From assembly GCA_965203095.1 (NCBI GenBank), contig OZ241877.1, forward strand, positions 1,664,001 through 1,728,000: a DNA stretch of 64,000 nt. Reading direction: 5' to 3'. This stretch comes from Bdellovibrionales bacterium. GTDB lineage: Bacteria > Bdellovibrionota > Bdellovibrionia > Bdellovibrionales > UBA1609. The position numbers were made by a program, and so were the translations under genes. Under the pieces are notes generated by a model that was not told where the DNA came from, did not search any database, and saw only the letters and a program-made list of their open reading frames with translations. This document shows positions 41,494 through 51,907 of the stretch, one piece after another. The number at the start of each line of letters is the position of its first letter. The first letter of the stretch is position 1.

Positions 41494-42210
41494 ATGCCAA
41501 AAGAACAAATATGGACTTGCTTACATGAATTAAAAGTTTTGCTTATTTACGAAAAAATTAAAGTTGGAGAAGATAGACATGAACTTTGCGAAGAGCTATC
41601 AGAAGATCCCTGCTTTGTTGAGGAAGGCATATCTTACAGTAGCATCAATCTGAAGATTGGGAATATTGAATGGTTGGATACGGAAGGCAAAAGAGGGCTT
41701 CATAATGTGTCAAACTTAAATAGGGAGGTATTTGAAAAATATAAAAATACTTCCATTAAAGAATTGGAACAAATAATAAAAGAAAAGGAAGAGGGGTTAA
41801 ATATGAATGAAGACGAAATTAAGAAAAAGCAAATATTGGATTTTTTAAGAGAGCATCCAGGGGAATACTTTGGAGCTGGCGTTATTGATAGAAAGCTGGG
41901 TTTTGATCCGGGCTATAATCATTACCCTACACACAGGCTTTTACAAGAACTATTGGCCGAAGGGCTTTTAGAGCAAAGACATGGTTCGGGATTCAGGATA
42001 AAAAATCCAGATAAGAGCAAACCCTCTTCTTGTTCTCAAGAAGAACCAGAGAGGAGTCCAAAAAACGACATTGAGCTTTTGCTTGAAAATAAAATCATTG
42101 AGCTAATAAATGATAAAAAATTCAAAAAGAAATATGTTTCTATTTATGCTACAGCTATTAAAAATTTAGCTGAGGCTTTGGAAATAATAAAAAGAATAAA
42201 ATCACAATAA
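41494..42210 (+). CDS. Hypothetical protein, domain A + domain B + helical tail
   Basis: Internal homology to 40259 and 40879. Confidence 0.8.
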   Translation: MPKEQIWTCLHELKVLLIYEKIKVGEDRHELCEELSEDPCFVEEGISYSSINLKIGNIEWLDTEGKRGLHNVSNLNREVFEKYKNTSIKELEQIIKEKEEGLNMNEDEIKKKQILDFLREHPGEYFGAGVIDRKLGFDPGYNHYPTHRLLQELLAEGLLEQRHGSGFRIKNPDKSKPSSCSQEEPERSPKNDIELLLENKIIELINDKKFKKKYVSIYATAIKNLAEALEIIKRIKSQ

Positions 42211-42349
42211 CTTATAAACAGCCAGTGTGATTTTTGAAAAGGATTTTTAAGAGCGGTATTGTAGTCGGCTGGTCCTTTGGTATGAGGGAACAAAGTGTGG
42301 ACTCTTCATCAATAGTCATTATAATAGCCTTGTATTTAATCAAAAAAAC

Positions 42350-42620
42350 CTTTAACATTAAGGTTAAAAGCAGTATCAATCCTTACTATATTGTTTCTTT
42401 TCTTAATTCTGAGTATGGTCAAATGCAATTAGAAAGGATATCCAGTGGTTCCATTTTACAGAGTATCCGTTCGTCTGATCTAAAAAAAATAAAAATTATT
42501 TTACCACCAAAAGGAACACAAGATTCCATAGGAGCTAAGTTAAAAGAGGCTGTCTGTATTTCCTCATCTATGAGGAAAAACATAAAACAGGCAGAAAACG
42601 ATATATCTCAATTATGTTAA
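42350..42620 (+). pseudogene. Type I R-M specificity subunit (HsdS) C-terminal fragment
   Basis: INPYYIVSFLNSEYGQMQL...GSILQSIRSSDLKKIKIILPP..TQ..I; no credible N-terminus. Confidence 0.7.
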
Positions 42621-42733
42621 AAGTTTAAATTTTTTAAACCGATACTCTTAATTTTTACAAAAAAAAAATAAACCCTGATCAGTATATCATTGGATAGTTC
42701 CATAGGTGTTTGAAGAGTTTTTTATCAATATTT

Positions 42734-45406
42734 TTATTTTTTCTCAAAAAGGTTTTTTAGTTGAGAAAAGTTTGAAGGTTTGTATTTTTCATACTCTTCT
42801 TGTTTAACATAGAGAGCAGTAAATTTAATCTTTTTTTGGGATAGATTTGCATCCTCACACCATTGGTATAACCGTTGGATCTTTTCTATATCATCTAAAT
42901 CTTCTCTTCCTTTGGTTTCCACAATGCAAACTTCCTTTTCAGATACTTTTATTAAAAAATCAGGGTAGTAGTCTTTTATTTCCCCATTGGCGTTTTGGTA
43001 GTCTATTTTAAAATGGACAGAAAAATAATTTTTAGCATAAGAGACAATATCCTCGCAGGTTTCAATAAAGCCCGAAAACTCCAACTCAAAATGGCTGTCC
43101 CCCACGATTTTATTGAACACACTTTTTTTTGGCACAATAAAACCTTGCTCTTTAATTACAAAAGGGCGGGCTTGGCTTACTTTTATATAATCCTTAATTT
43201 CTGCCTCTCCTTTATCTACAACAGTCAGATTATTTATTTCTTTTTTAAAGTTTTCAATAATTGTTTTTGTCACCTCTTGTTCCGATAAGTTCCTAAGAAT
43301 ATTCAAATCCTCCAGTTCAATCTTTTTTGTGAAAAGATGATGGATTATAAATTCTTTTACTTTACCGTATAAAATATCATGACTTCCAAAAAGTCTTAGC
43401 TCTCGCCTTATGCTTTCTGCAAAGTATCCTATTACACTGGAGTAAGAGGGGATGAAATCACTATCAAATAAAGTTTTATGCGTGACATCACCCGATCCAA
43501 TATCCCGGAACACAATCTCTTTTTGCTCTTCATCACTAAACTGTTTTATTTTTATTTTTTTGTGAGAAAACTGGCTAATATTCAATTTGGATAAGTTTTT
43601 GTATTCTCTATAGATTCTGGGGGACAAAACAGGTATTTCAATATCTAATTTTTGAATGTCTTTTTTTGTGTTTTCTCTATCTACCTCTATAAGCAAAGGG
43701 GCTTTTGCCTCTGTACCTTCGCCCATTTGGGCTTTTTCAAGCTCCACTCCTTCATGTTTTATGGATTCCACAAAATTCATAAAAGCGGGAGTCCCTACAA
43801 CGCTGACAAGTTCTGTCAAGTCTTCCTGCTCCCCATACATTCTTCTTAATCCTCTTCCTAAGGTTTGCTCTGGTAAAATATTGCTTTTTGCAGAATAAGC
43901 CCGGAGGCCCACAATGGTTGTCACATTTTTAACATCCCATCCTTCCTTCAACACTAAAACGGAAACAATAGCCTTGTAGGGGCTTTTCCAAGTGTCAATT
44001 TCATTAGCGGCTTTTCTTAAATCTGACAGTTCTTTTTCTTTTTTACCTGTGGCTTTTTCAAAAAGTTCCCCATTGTTTTTTGTATGAATGGTAAGAACAG
44101 CGTTTTTTAATTCAGGATAGGTTTTTTGCAAATACTCATTTACATCATCACAATTCCGGGTATCATCCGTCATAACGAACAGGATGGATTTTTTTGTGTT
44201 TTTAAGTCTCTCATAAGTTTTCTTCCATTCCAAAAAGCCCAAGTGAATATAGTCTTTATACTTTTCAGTAAATTTTATAGTTTGGTATTCCTGTAATTTG
44301 GCACGGCTCGCCTGATCAGGCAAAACCGGATGCTTTACAACATTTTGTGCGATGGCTTCTACTAAGGGATAATCGGATACAGTTTGAACAAAAATGCCTC
44401 CGTTATTATGTTTTGGTGTAGCCGTCACATCAATTTGAAGGGATAAAGATCCTCCCTTTATTTTCATTTTATTATGAATATCCTCAATAGCTTGAAACCA
44501 AGCCAGCCTTTCGTCATGAATATGATGGGCTTCATCATTAAGGATCATCAGCTCATCAATGTTTCTTACAATTTCCCCTAAATTGACTTTGGAATCAGTT
44601 GTTTTGAGGACAGGTTTCTTGCCAAGGAAATAATCTATAGTGTTTTCGTCTTCAGGACTGGGGTATTGCTCTTTACTGGTGTAAATGCGATGGATATTTG
44701 TAAGAAAAATGTTTCCAGTTTTTTTAACCAAGCCAATATTATCTTGCAAGTGAAGGACAAGCTGAAAATCATTTTTCCAGTTTTGTCCTTCAAAGCCGTT
44801 TTCTGGTAAAACAGGATCTTGGAAAAATATTTTAAGCCCCTCAAAGTCGGACCGAATGCGATCTAAAACAATAATATTGGGTGTAATTATTAAAAAATTT
44901 CCCGATAGTGTAGAATTTTTCTCATAAATTTTATGAAACCAACTCCAAGCAATAAGCAAGCTCATTACCTTTGTTTTGCCTGTGCCTGTAGCCATTTTAA
45001 TTACCATTCTCAGCCAATCTTCAGGAAACTGGCCAGAAGATACAGCCCCGGAGCTATCATAGCGAATCAGATCATATTTATCTTTAGCTTGGGCCACTTC
45101 ATAAAGCCATATTACTGTTTCAATAGCTTCTCTTTGAGCAAAATAATATTGAAAGGGATTTGTTTCTACTCCCTGATTATAGTGCTTTGTTTGAAACCAC
45201 CAAGTAAGCAAAGCCTTGCTGGTAAAACTTGCTCCTTCATAATGGCTTTCTCTCCACTTTTTTACTTTGAGTCTTAGTTTATGGACTAAAGGAGGAAGTA
45301 ATTTTCCATAACCTTGTTTTCTCAAATCCTCATCTGCTGGAAACCAGCGAATCTTAGGATCCAGTATCTCATAAGGAGATTTTGGAAAATCTTTATGCAA
45401 TGCCAT
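42734..45406 (-). CDS. res: Type III restriction endonuclease Res subunit
   Basis: MATGTGKT, NDEAHH, TATP, LKEGWD, QTLGRGLR; C-terminal YPDF...VETKG. Confidence 0.93.
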   Translation of the reverse strand: MALHKDFPKSPYEILDPKIRWFPADEDLRKQGYGKLLPPLVHKLRLKVKKWRESHYEGASFTSKALLTWWFQTKHYNQGVETNPFQYYFAQREAIETVIWLYEVAQAKDKYDLIRYDSSGAVSSGQFPEDWLRMVIKMATGTGKTKVMSLLIAWSWFHKIYEKNSTLSGNFLIITPNIIVLDRIRSDFEGLKIFFQDPVLPENGFEGQNWKNDFQLVLHLQDNIGLVKKTGNIFLTNIHRIYTSKEQYPSPEDENTIDYFLGKKPVLKTTDSKVNLGEIVRNIDELMILNDEAHHIHDERLAWFQAIEDIHNKMKIKGGSLSLQIDVTATPKHNNGGIFVQTVSDYPLVEAIAQNVVKHPVLPDQASRAKLQEYQTIKFTEKYKDYIHLGFLEWKKTYERLKNTKKSILFVMTDDTRNCDDVNEYLQKTYPELKNAVLTIHTKNNGELFEKATGKKEKELSDLRKAANEIDTWKSPYKAIVSVLVLKEGWDVKNVTTIVGLRAYSAKSNILPEQTLGRGLRRMYGEQEDLTELVSVVGTPAFMNFVESIKHEGVELEKAQMGEGTEAKAPLLIEVDRENTKKDIQKLDIEIPVLSPRIYREYKNLSKLNISQFSHKKIKIKQFSDEEQKEIVFRDIGSGDVTHKTLFDSDFIPSYSSVIGYFAESIRRELRLFGSHDILYGKVKEFIIHHLFTKKIELEDLNILRNLSEQEVTKTIIENFKKEINNLTVVDKGEAEIKDYIKVSQARPFVIKEQGFIVPKKSVFNKIVGDSHFELEFSGFIETCEDIVSYAKNYFSVHFKIDYQNANGEIKDYYPDFLIKVSEKEVCIVETKGREDLDDIEKIQRLYQWCEDANLSQKKIKFTALYVKQEEYEKYKPSNFSQLKNLFEKK

Positions 45407-45879
45407 TATCTTTTAACCTTTGCTGTAAATTCTATTTTTAATTGTTTAACAAAATCATGAATATCAACACAAGGGATATTTTCTTTTTCACACACATCGG
45501 GAATTTTTATTTTTTTAGGGGCTTTTTGCTCTGTGGTCACCACTGTAGCATTTTCGGACTTAGCATGGGCAATCACCCAAGGGTCAGCCATAGATCTCCC
45601 TTTTGTGTGATCTACCAATCGGGAATATTTGCTCATAATCTTTCTCAAAAGTTTTTGCACATACTCATCAGGATCTCTAAAAAGATCTGAAGTTTTAACC
45701 CATTGTAAAAGATCATCATCAATTTTTTTAATTTCATTTTTAACTTCCATTGTAGCAAAAACAATATCTTTTTTACCATACTGTTTAAGCAACTCCCAAT
45801 ACCCTTTTGTAAATTGAGGCGAATAATACCTTTTCCATGGTTCTATAAAAACATTGGTATCCAGGCAGTATTTTATCAT
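45406..45879 (-). CDS. DUF4411 family PIN-domain protein
   Basis: YCLDTNVFI, ADPWVIAHA, VVTTE, KIPDVC. Confidence 0.88.
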   Translation of the reverse strand: MIKYCLDTNVFIEPWKRYYSPQFTKGYWELLKQYGKKDIVFATMEVKNEIKKIDDDLLQWVKTSDLFRDPDEYVQKLLRKIMSKYSRLVDHTKGRSMADPWVIAHAKSENATVVTTEQKAPKKIKIPDVCEKENIPCVDIHDFVKQLKIEFTAKVKR

Positions 45880-47096
45880 ATTGTGCCTGTTGTTTTAATG
45901 AGATTATTCTCTATGGCTTTTTCCAGATTGCCAAGTTTCATGTCTAAAAGGTTTGAGGCTTCCCGGCCAGTCAAAACTCCTTCTTTGTAAGAGAAAAAAA
46001 CAATTTTTGTAAAACTTTCTCCATTAGCATAAATTTTTAAAAGATTAGAGTTAGGTCCGCCACTATTTTTTTTCATTTTCTTATCCCTTTCCTTCCTGTA
46101 TTGTTCCGATTCTTTGATATACTCTTTTTTAAGAGTTTCAAAAATTTGAGATTTTATAAGAGACAGGCTTTTTAATCTAACCAACAAGGCCAAACTACTT
46201 ACTTTTAATTTTGGACAATATTTGTTTATAAGTCCTTTTAACTTTTGGGCAGTAAATTGGTTTACTTTTAAAAAAGTTTTTATCTTTTTCTTTGGTAGAA
46301 GTATCTCAGCCGCTATTTGATTACAAAAAGACTCTATACTTGATTTTTTGATCTTATAGCTGGTTAAAAAATGATCAGGCACCCCAGAAATATCTAACCA
46401 CAAATGGGCAAGCTCATGTAAAAGTGTAAATAATTTGGCGTTGTTAGAATCTTTTGAGTTAATAAATACAAAAGGGGCATAGGGATCTGAAATAACAAAA
46501 CCTCTTGCTTCTTTAACCGGTATTGGGTTGTGAGAGTTTAAGTTGCCAGTGCGAGAAATAAAAATTCCTTTCCTTTCACATTGCTTGATCCATTGAGTTA
46601 AAAGAGCTTCTACATTGTGAGCGTTATCTAACACTTCAGAATATTGTCTTTCATTTCCCCAAAGGGTATGTATAATGTTTTGTGCGACTGTTTGGACAGA
46701 GGATTTAACATTAAAGGAGCCAATAAATTGAAGTTTGTTATATCCTTGTTCCTGTAAATGTTGGCTAAGCCAGGCTTGGCGTTCCTGTATATGTCTCATA
46801 AGGAATACTAAGGGGGGGCTATACTTAGGAGCTTTACCTTCTACAGTCCGAAAATCTTTGAGCAGGGGGAAATCTTTTGGAGGGTGAGGGAGATAAAAAG
46901 TTGCTAATGATCGCCTATAGATCTGTGACATTTTTTTAGCTTGTGTAAGGCTTGGCAGGCTTAAACCTTGTTCCCATTCTTTCAATTTATTTGGTAAGAT
47001 TCCTATTTTTTTTGCAACGGTATCGAGGGAGTAGTGAGATTTTTCTCTGGCCCATTTGATAACAGAAGGGGTGATAAGTGCTTGTTGCCTTTTCAT
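45876..47096 (-). CDS. XRE HTH + ImmA/IrrE Zn-metallopeptidase
   Basis: KWARE HTH; FTLLHELAHLW; E.FCNQIAAEILLP. Confidence 0.92.
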   Translation of the reverse strand: MKRQQALITPSVIKWAREKSHYSLDTVAKKIGILPNKLKEWEQGLSLPSLTQAKKMSQIYRRSLATFYLPHPPKDFPLLKDFRTVEGKAPKYSPPLVFLMRHIQERQAWLSQHLQEQGYNKLQFIGSFNVKSSVQTVAQNIIHTLWGNERQYSEVLDNAHNVEALLTQWIKQCERKGIFISRTGNLNSHNPIPVKEARGFVISDPYAPFVFINSKDSNNAKLFTLLHELAHLWLDISGVPDHFLTSYKIKKSSIESFCNQIAAEILLPKKKIKTFLKVNQFTAQKLKGLINKYCPKLKVSSLALLVRLKSLSLIKSQIFETLKKEYIKESEQYRKERDKKMKKNSGGPNSNLLKIYANGESFTKIVFFSYKEGVLTGREASNLLDMKLGNLEKAIENNLIKTTGTI

Positions 47097-49387
47097 ATTC
47101 GGACTCCGATGACTTTCATGCTATCGTTGCCAAAAATATCTACTACTTTAACAGCAATTTTCCGAGGGCCTTTTTTGCATTTGTGAAAAACACTTTTTAA
47201 TTCTATCACACGATTCTTTTTGGTCCGGAAGGATTGCCATTCGTTTTCAAAAATATAATCTCCAGTCCATTTTTCTTCTATTTGTCCTTTATCGTTTTTC
47301 ATCCGGACAATTTCTTTTTTGCTTTCAAAGTCAAAATCCACGGCCCAGTAGTCCAACCAGTCGGTCCATTTTTTTGTCAAAACTTCACGGTTGACAATGC
47401 CATGTTTGTCTTTAAAAATTTTAATGATATAGCCTTTTTCCACACAAATTTGGCTTTTTCCTTTTTTGAGAGAAGTTGCCACATTATCCAAAATATCCTG
47501 ATTATAATAGACGGAAAAATCTGTCAGTTCAACGGAGATGGCATTCTTTTTTATATGAGGTTTTATTTCAATATAAGAGACATCGTGAAACTGCACTTGG
47601 TTTTTTCCCACTGCTTGTTTGTCAAAAACTTCTTTAGGTATATATTTAAGGGCCAGGCTTATCCCTTTGGCCTTGGCATCTTCTTGAATTTTTGGGAAAA
47701 GCCCCATCTCATATTCAAAGGATAGAACATCTACTTTGCTAATTTGTTTTTTTAAAGCTTCTTTAATGATGGCGGACATAAAAAGCCGGGAGGCGGGTAG
47801 GTTAATAGGGCCGATGGCAACCAACCGTCCTGCTTTTTTTGCCATAAAATTTTTAAAGCCTTGAATTTTTTGGGCTTTATAGGCTTTAATGATGAGTTGG
47901 ATATAATCTTTTTCTTTCTCAAAAAGTTGTTTTTGTTGATCTTTTTCTCTTAAGTTTAGGTTAATGCCAATATAATGTTGCCTTTCGTATTTACCAAGGT
48001 TTAGCACTTCAAAAGCACGAAAGTTTTTGTTAGAGTTTTTTAATTCCCGTTGGATAGCAATCATTCTTTTACGGGTTGTATGAATAGCAAATTTACCAAG
48101 GTCAGAACCGATCCATTTTCTTCCTAACTTTTCAGCCACAGCACAAGTAGTTCCAGAGCCACAAAAAAAGTCCGCCACAAGATCACCTTCATTAGAATAA
48201 TTTTCTATAATTCTTTTCAATAATTTTTCTGATTTTTCAGTAGGATAGTTCCCTGCATTGTTATATGCATAAATATCCATCCAATCCGTGAAAAGAGACA
48301 CTGTATCTTTCGGAGGTATCCAATAATAGCATCTGGTTGATGAAGATTCCCTTTTGATAAATTCTTTCGTTTTTCCTGTATCTGTCCAATATTCAAATAA
48401 AGTTTTTTTGTTTTTATAATTTTTCAAATACTCTTTATAATTTTTAACAGCCTTCATAGCTCTATCCTTTCTCCATCTCCACTGTCCTTTGTTAAGCTTT
48501 ATTCCTAATAATTCATATCTCAAAGTTGGCCTATCTGCATTGTTGTAAAAATTATTCCAAGATTCTTTTGTTTCTTGCTTTTTTCTTGGAACTTTTATTT
48601 TAGTTGATTCATTTTTTGAATATAAAAATATACTGTCAGAGGATATATTGAGCTGTCTTACTTTTTCAAACTGATTTTGGATATTTTTTGTCTTTCTTTT
48701 TGCTAAAACTTCATTTCTATAATTTCCATTGCCAAATATTTCATCCATTACAAGTCTTATGTAAGAGTTCATTCTGTAATCACAATGGATGAAGAACAAT
48801 CCGTCATCAGCAAGCAAATCCCTCATTAGGGACAGTCGCTCATAGATCATAGCAATAAAAGAGTCTGCTCCTTGGCCCCAGGTATCTCTATAGGCCAGTT
48901 CTTCCAGCACATTTGGTTTTTTAGTCAGCTCCTCACTGCCAATTTCCACTTTCATAGAAAAATCCGCTCCCACATCAAAAGGCGGATCAATATAAATCAG
49001 CTTCAAACCTCCGGCCTTTTCAATCTCTTCTCTTATAGGGCCATTCTTAAGGCTGGATAAAATAAGTTTATTGTCTCCCCATATCAGTTTATTGGTCCAG
49101 CCAGCGATCTGCCTTCCCCTTTCATCAAAACTAAAAAGGTCCAACTGATCTTTAGCCCCTTCGGATTTTTTCCCTTCCGGCTTTTCCGCCCTGGGTTCAT
49201 CCACTACCTCAATCGTTTGAAAAGGCAGAACAATAGTTGTCACATCTGCCCTTTTGCCATTCCAAACCAACTCCACCTGTTTTTTATCTTCAAACAACAA
49301 AAACCTATATTTTTCAGGAAGAGCCTTTCCCTCTTCCAGACATCTTATGACATCCCCCTTTTCCTTCTCCGTCAACTCTATCTTCAT
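47093..49387 (-). CDS. mod: Type III R-M DNA methyltransferase Mod
   Basis: IYIDPPF, YPTEKS, DFFCGSGTT; G-rich RBS before ATG 49387. Confidence 0.93.
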   Translation of the reverse strand: MKIELTEKEKGDVIRCLEEGKALPEKYRFLLFEDKKQVELVWNGKRADVTTIVLPFQTIEVVDEPRAEKPEGKKSEGAKDQLDLFSFDERGRQIAGWTNKLIWGDNKLILSSLKNGPIREEIEKAGGLKLIYIDPPFDVGADFSMKVEIGSEELTKKPNVLEELAYRDTWGQGADSFIAMIYERLSLMRDLLADDGLFFIHCDYRMNSYIRLVMDEIFGNGNYRNEVLAKRKTKNIQNQFEKVRQLNISSDSIFLYSKNESTKIKVPRKKQETKESWNNFYNNADRPTLRYELLGIKLNKGQWRWRKDRAMKAVKNYKEYLKNYKNKKTLFEYWTDTGKTKEFIKRESSSTRCYYWIPPKDTVSLFTDWMDIYAYNNAGNYPTEKSEKLLKRIIENYSNEGDLVADFFCGSGTTCAVAEKLGRKWIGSDLGKFAIHTTRKRMIAIQRELKNSNKNFRAFEVLNLGKYERQHYIGINLNLREKDQQKQLFEKEKDYIQLIIKAYKAQKIQGFKNFMAKKAGRLVAIGPINLPASRLFMSAIIKEALKKQISKVDVLSFEYEMGLFPKIQEDAKAKGISLALKYIPKEVFDKQAVGKNQVQFHDVSYIEIKPHIKKNAISVELTDFSVYYNQDILDNVATSLKKGKSQICVEKGYIIKIFKDKHGIVNREVLTKKWTDWLDYWAVDFDFESKKEIVRMKNDKGQIEEKWTGDYIFENEWQSFRTKKNRVIELKSVFHKCKKGPRKIAVKVVDIFGNDSMKVIGVRI

Positions 49388-49462
49388 AAACCCTCCCCCC
49401 TTTTTTAATACAACAAAATCATTAGAATAACAGAACCCTAAAAAAGATTCCAAAACAAATCT

Positions 49463-50170
49463 TTATTTTGGCATTTCATCCCAAGTTCTCCCTTCAAGCA
49501 GACGCCCAGTTTTATGTTTCCTAACTCCTCCCCATTGTTTAAAGAAAAACGGAATTTTTTGTGCAATACACTGATCTTTTATTTCTAAAACCCATTCTGG
49601 CTGAATAGATCGTGCATTCGGTCCTGATTCTCCACCCACAATCACCCAATCAATTCCTTTTAGTTTTAATCTTTTTAGAGGGCCTAATAAAGGCTCAAGG
49701 GATAAAAATTTTATTTTGGCTTTGGTTTTTAATAAATGGCCTATTCTATTTACATAATGTTTGTTTTCAACACTCACTCCCATCCAAATATTATTTGTCC
49801 ATTTTACTTGTTTAGATATTTTCTCCAAATGATCCGCTCTCTTTGTCAAGATTTGAAATTGGTGTTGAGGGGATTGATTCATAACTGAAAACACTTGTTG
49901 AATAAATGATATAGGAACTTTTTTATGAAATAAATCACTCATAGAATTTACAAATATTAATTTGGGTTTCTTCCATTTTAGAGGAATTTTCAAAGCTTGA
50001 TGGTGTAAAGTTAGATCAAAGCCATTTCTATAATTATATTGCCCCATTTTTTGTAATCGGTAAGATAATTTTTCTGCATAACAATTTTTACAGCCTGGGC
50101 TCATTTTATTACAACCAGTGAGAGGATTCCAAGTAGCCTCTGTCCATTCAATATTTGATAATGTGGCCAT
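49463..50170 (-). CDS. DUF5131 / phage Gp37-Gp68 family protein (three-Cys motif)
   Basis: IEWTEATWNP, Cx6Cx2C, FVNSMSDLFH, LTKR, GGESG, FFKQWGG. Confidence 0.93.
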   Translation of the reverse strand: MATLSNIEWTEATWNPLTGCNKMSPGCKNCYAEKLSYRLQKMGQYNYRNGFDLTLHHQALKIPLKWKKPKLIFVNSMSDLFHKKVPISFIQQVFSVMNQSPQHQFQILTKRADHLEKISKQVKWTNNIWMGVSVENKHYVNRIGHLLKTKAKIKFLSLEPLLGPLKRLKLKGIDWVIVGGESGPNARSIQPEWVLEIKDQCIAQKIPFFFKQWGGVRKHKTGRLLEGRTWDEMPK

Positions 50171-50172
50171 AG

Positions 50173-51006
50173 CTATTGTTGTCCTAAAATATGTTGGGCT
50201 ATTCTAAGTGCAATTTTTTTACCTTTTAAATTACCTACAGCAAAACACAAGTAAAACAAAATACTGTTTTTAGAATTTATCAATGGTAAAGGATTGTGTG
50301 CTACACCTGGAAATATAGATCTAAGTTGTTCTAAAAAAAATCCTTTAATCTCTTCAAAAGAAGCTATTTTTTCTATTTGTCTACTTCCTGCAAATAAATC
50401 CAGTTGTTGGTTTGGTTGATAAAAGTTATTTTTCCATTTTACTGATCCAAATAATTTATTTAATTGAATGCCCAATTTTTTAGGAATCTCTTTCTTTTTG
50501 AATAACAATCTGTTTACAGCCATTGCTGGAAATAAAACCCATAAATCAACAGCTTTAGTTTTAGCTATAATGGAAATAGTGTCCCATTCCACTTCCATAG
50601 CAAAGGGATCTAAAAACAAAATAGCTCGATGTGTATTCCAGTTAGTCATTGAGCAAATCTTTTTTATATAAGTATTAGCATCTTTATTTTGAAAAGATAT
50701 TTTTTTTAAAGGAAAATCATTACTCAATTTTTCAAGTTTTTGAAATGTGCTTAAATCTTTTTCAATTAATATATATTTATCAAAAATATTTGTATTTTCT
50801 AAAATAACACGAGGAGATCCTTTTTGGAAATCATTGATAAAAGATATATCTTTATCTTCTGTAGTTTCTCTATATCCGGCACCAGCAAACGCATCAATAT
50901 AAAGAAGTTTGAATTGTTGATTTTTCATTACTTTTTCGTATGCTATAACATACTGTTTAAGGCATTCCAGTTTTTTTGTTGTCCATTCTCCACCAAAATT
51001 TTTCAT
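50173..51006 (-). CDS. tcmP: Three-Cys-motif partner protein TcmP (methyltransferase-like)
   Basis: WTTKKL, YIDAFAGAG, GSP, FLDPF; adjacent to DUF5131. Confidence 0.9.
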   Translation of the reverse strand: MKNFGGEWTTKKLECLKQYVIAYEKVMKNQQFKLLYIDAFAGAGYRETTEDKDISFINDFQKGSPRVILENTNIFDKYILIEKDLSTFQKLEKLSNDFPLKKISFQNKDANTYIKKICSMTNWNTHRAILFLDPFAMEVEWDTISIIAKTKAVDLWVLFPAMAVNRLLFKKKEIPKKLGIQLNKLFGSVKWKNNFYQPNQQLDLFAGSRQIEKIASFEEIKGFFLEQLRSIFPGVAHNPLPLINSKNSILFYLCFAVGNLKGKKIALRIAQHILGQQ

Positions 51007-51034
51007 TTTTCCTCCTTATAAAATGTATATTTTT

Positions 51035-51907
51035 TCAAAAATGAGGAGTCCAACTATCAAGCAGTTTATCCTCTTCGTCATTGATTATTTCTTCTATATC
51101 CTCAGAATAGCTTAAAACAGTCAATGTTTTTCCATAAGAACCAAGTTTTTGAACCTCCTCCTTAACCGGAAACGATTTGTTGCCTCCTAACCAATCTCTA
51201 ACATCAATTTCATCCTCTTCATACTCTGTTTGAGGAGATTGTTTTGACTTTTTATTAAGTTTTGCTGTTAGTGAATGAGCGGGCACTAAGGATTTTTTAG
51301 TTGGCCATGAGATTTCCGGCAGGGATTTCATGGATTGAGAGAGAAAACAAAAATCAATTTTTGTTCCTTCATTCACTATAACAGCAACAGCATCTTCAGA
51401 CAGAACAGCGTATTTAATGGCAGAAGAGATAAGAGAGGTTTTACAAGATTCTGCAATTTTCTTTATAGCAACAATGCCCGGAAGGTTTTTTTTGATTATA
51501 GGTTGAATCAGGGTCTCCGGCATTAGCAAGCCGGAGGCAAAATGATCTGCTTCCATTTCATAAGAATCACTGGAAATAAATCCAGCAGATGATTTGTGAA
51601 TACTATTTTTATCAGGCAGAATATGATCCACATGCCCCTCAAGAAAAAAATGTCCTAATTCATGGGCAATGGAAAATCTTTGGAAACCTTCATTTTTAAT
51701 ATGACTGGAATACATAATGCCAAAGTTATTTCCATATCGGAGCAACATACCTGATACTCCTATGGCAGAGTTGTTTTTAGGCACAATAAGAATATTATGT
51801 TTATCAGCTATAGCTGATAGATCAACAGGAAGAGAGTCATCCCCAAATTTTTTTGCAACACTTTCCCCCTTTTGTTTTGCTATTTTCAATTTAAAACTCT
51901 GATTCAT
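51035..51907 (-). CDS. capP: ImmA/IrrE metallopeptidase, CapP-like
   Basis: RFSIAHELGH, EADHFASGLLMP; paired with an HTH gene divergent from CBASS. Confidence 0.85.
   Translation of the reverse strand: MNQSFKLKIAKQKGESVAKKFGDDSLPVDLSAIADKHNILIVPKNNSAIGVSGMLLRYGNNFGIMYSSHIKNEGFQRFSIAHELGHFFLEGHVDHILPDKNSIHKSSAGFISSDSYEMEADHFASGLLMPETLIQPIIKKNLPGIVAIKKIAESCKTSLISSAIKYAVLSEDAVAVIVNEGTKIDFCFLSQSMKSLPEISWPTKKSLVPAHSLTAKLNKKSKQSPQTEYEEDEIDVRDWLGGNKSFPVKEEVQKLGSYGKTLTVLSYSEDIEEIINDEEDKLLDSWTPHF

Noticed and set aside
49463..50170. Prophage, suggested by the Gp37/Gp68 family name
   Set aside because: No structural, terminase or integrase genes nearby
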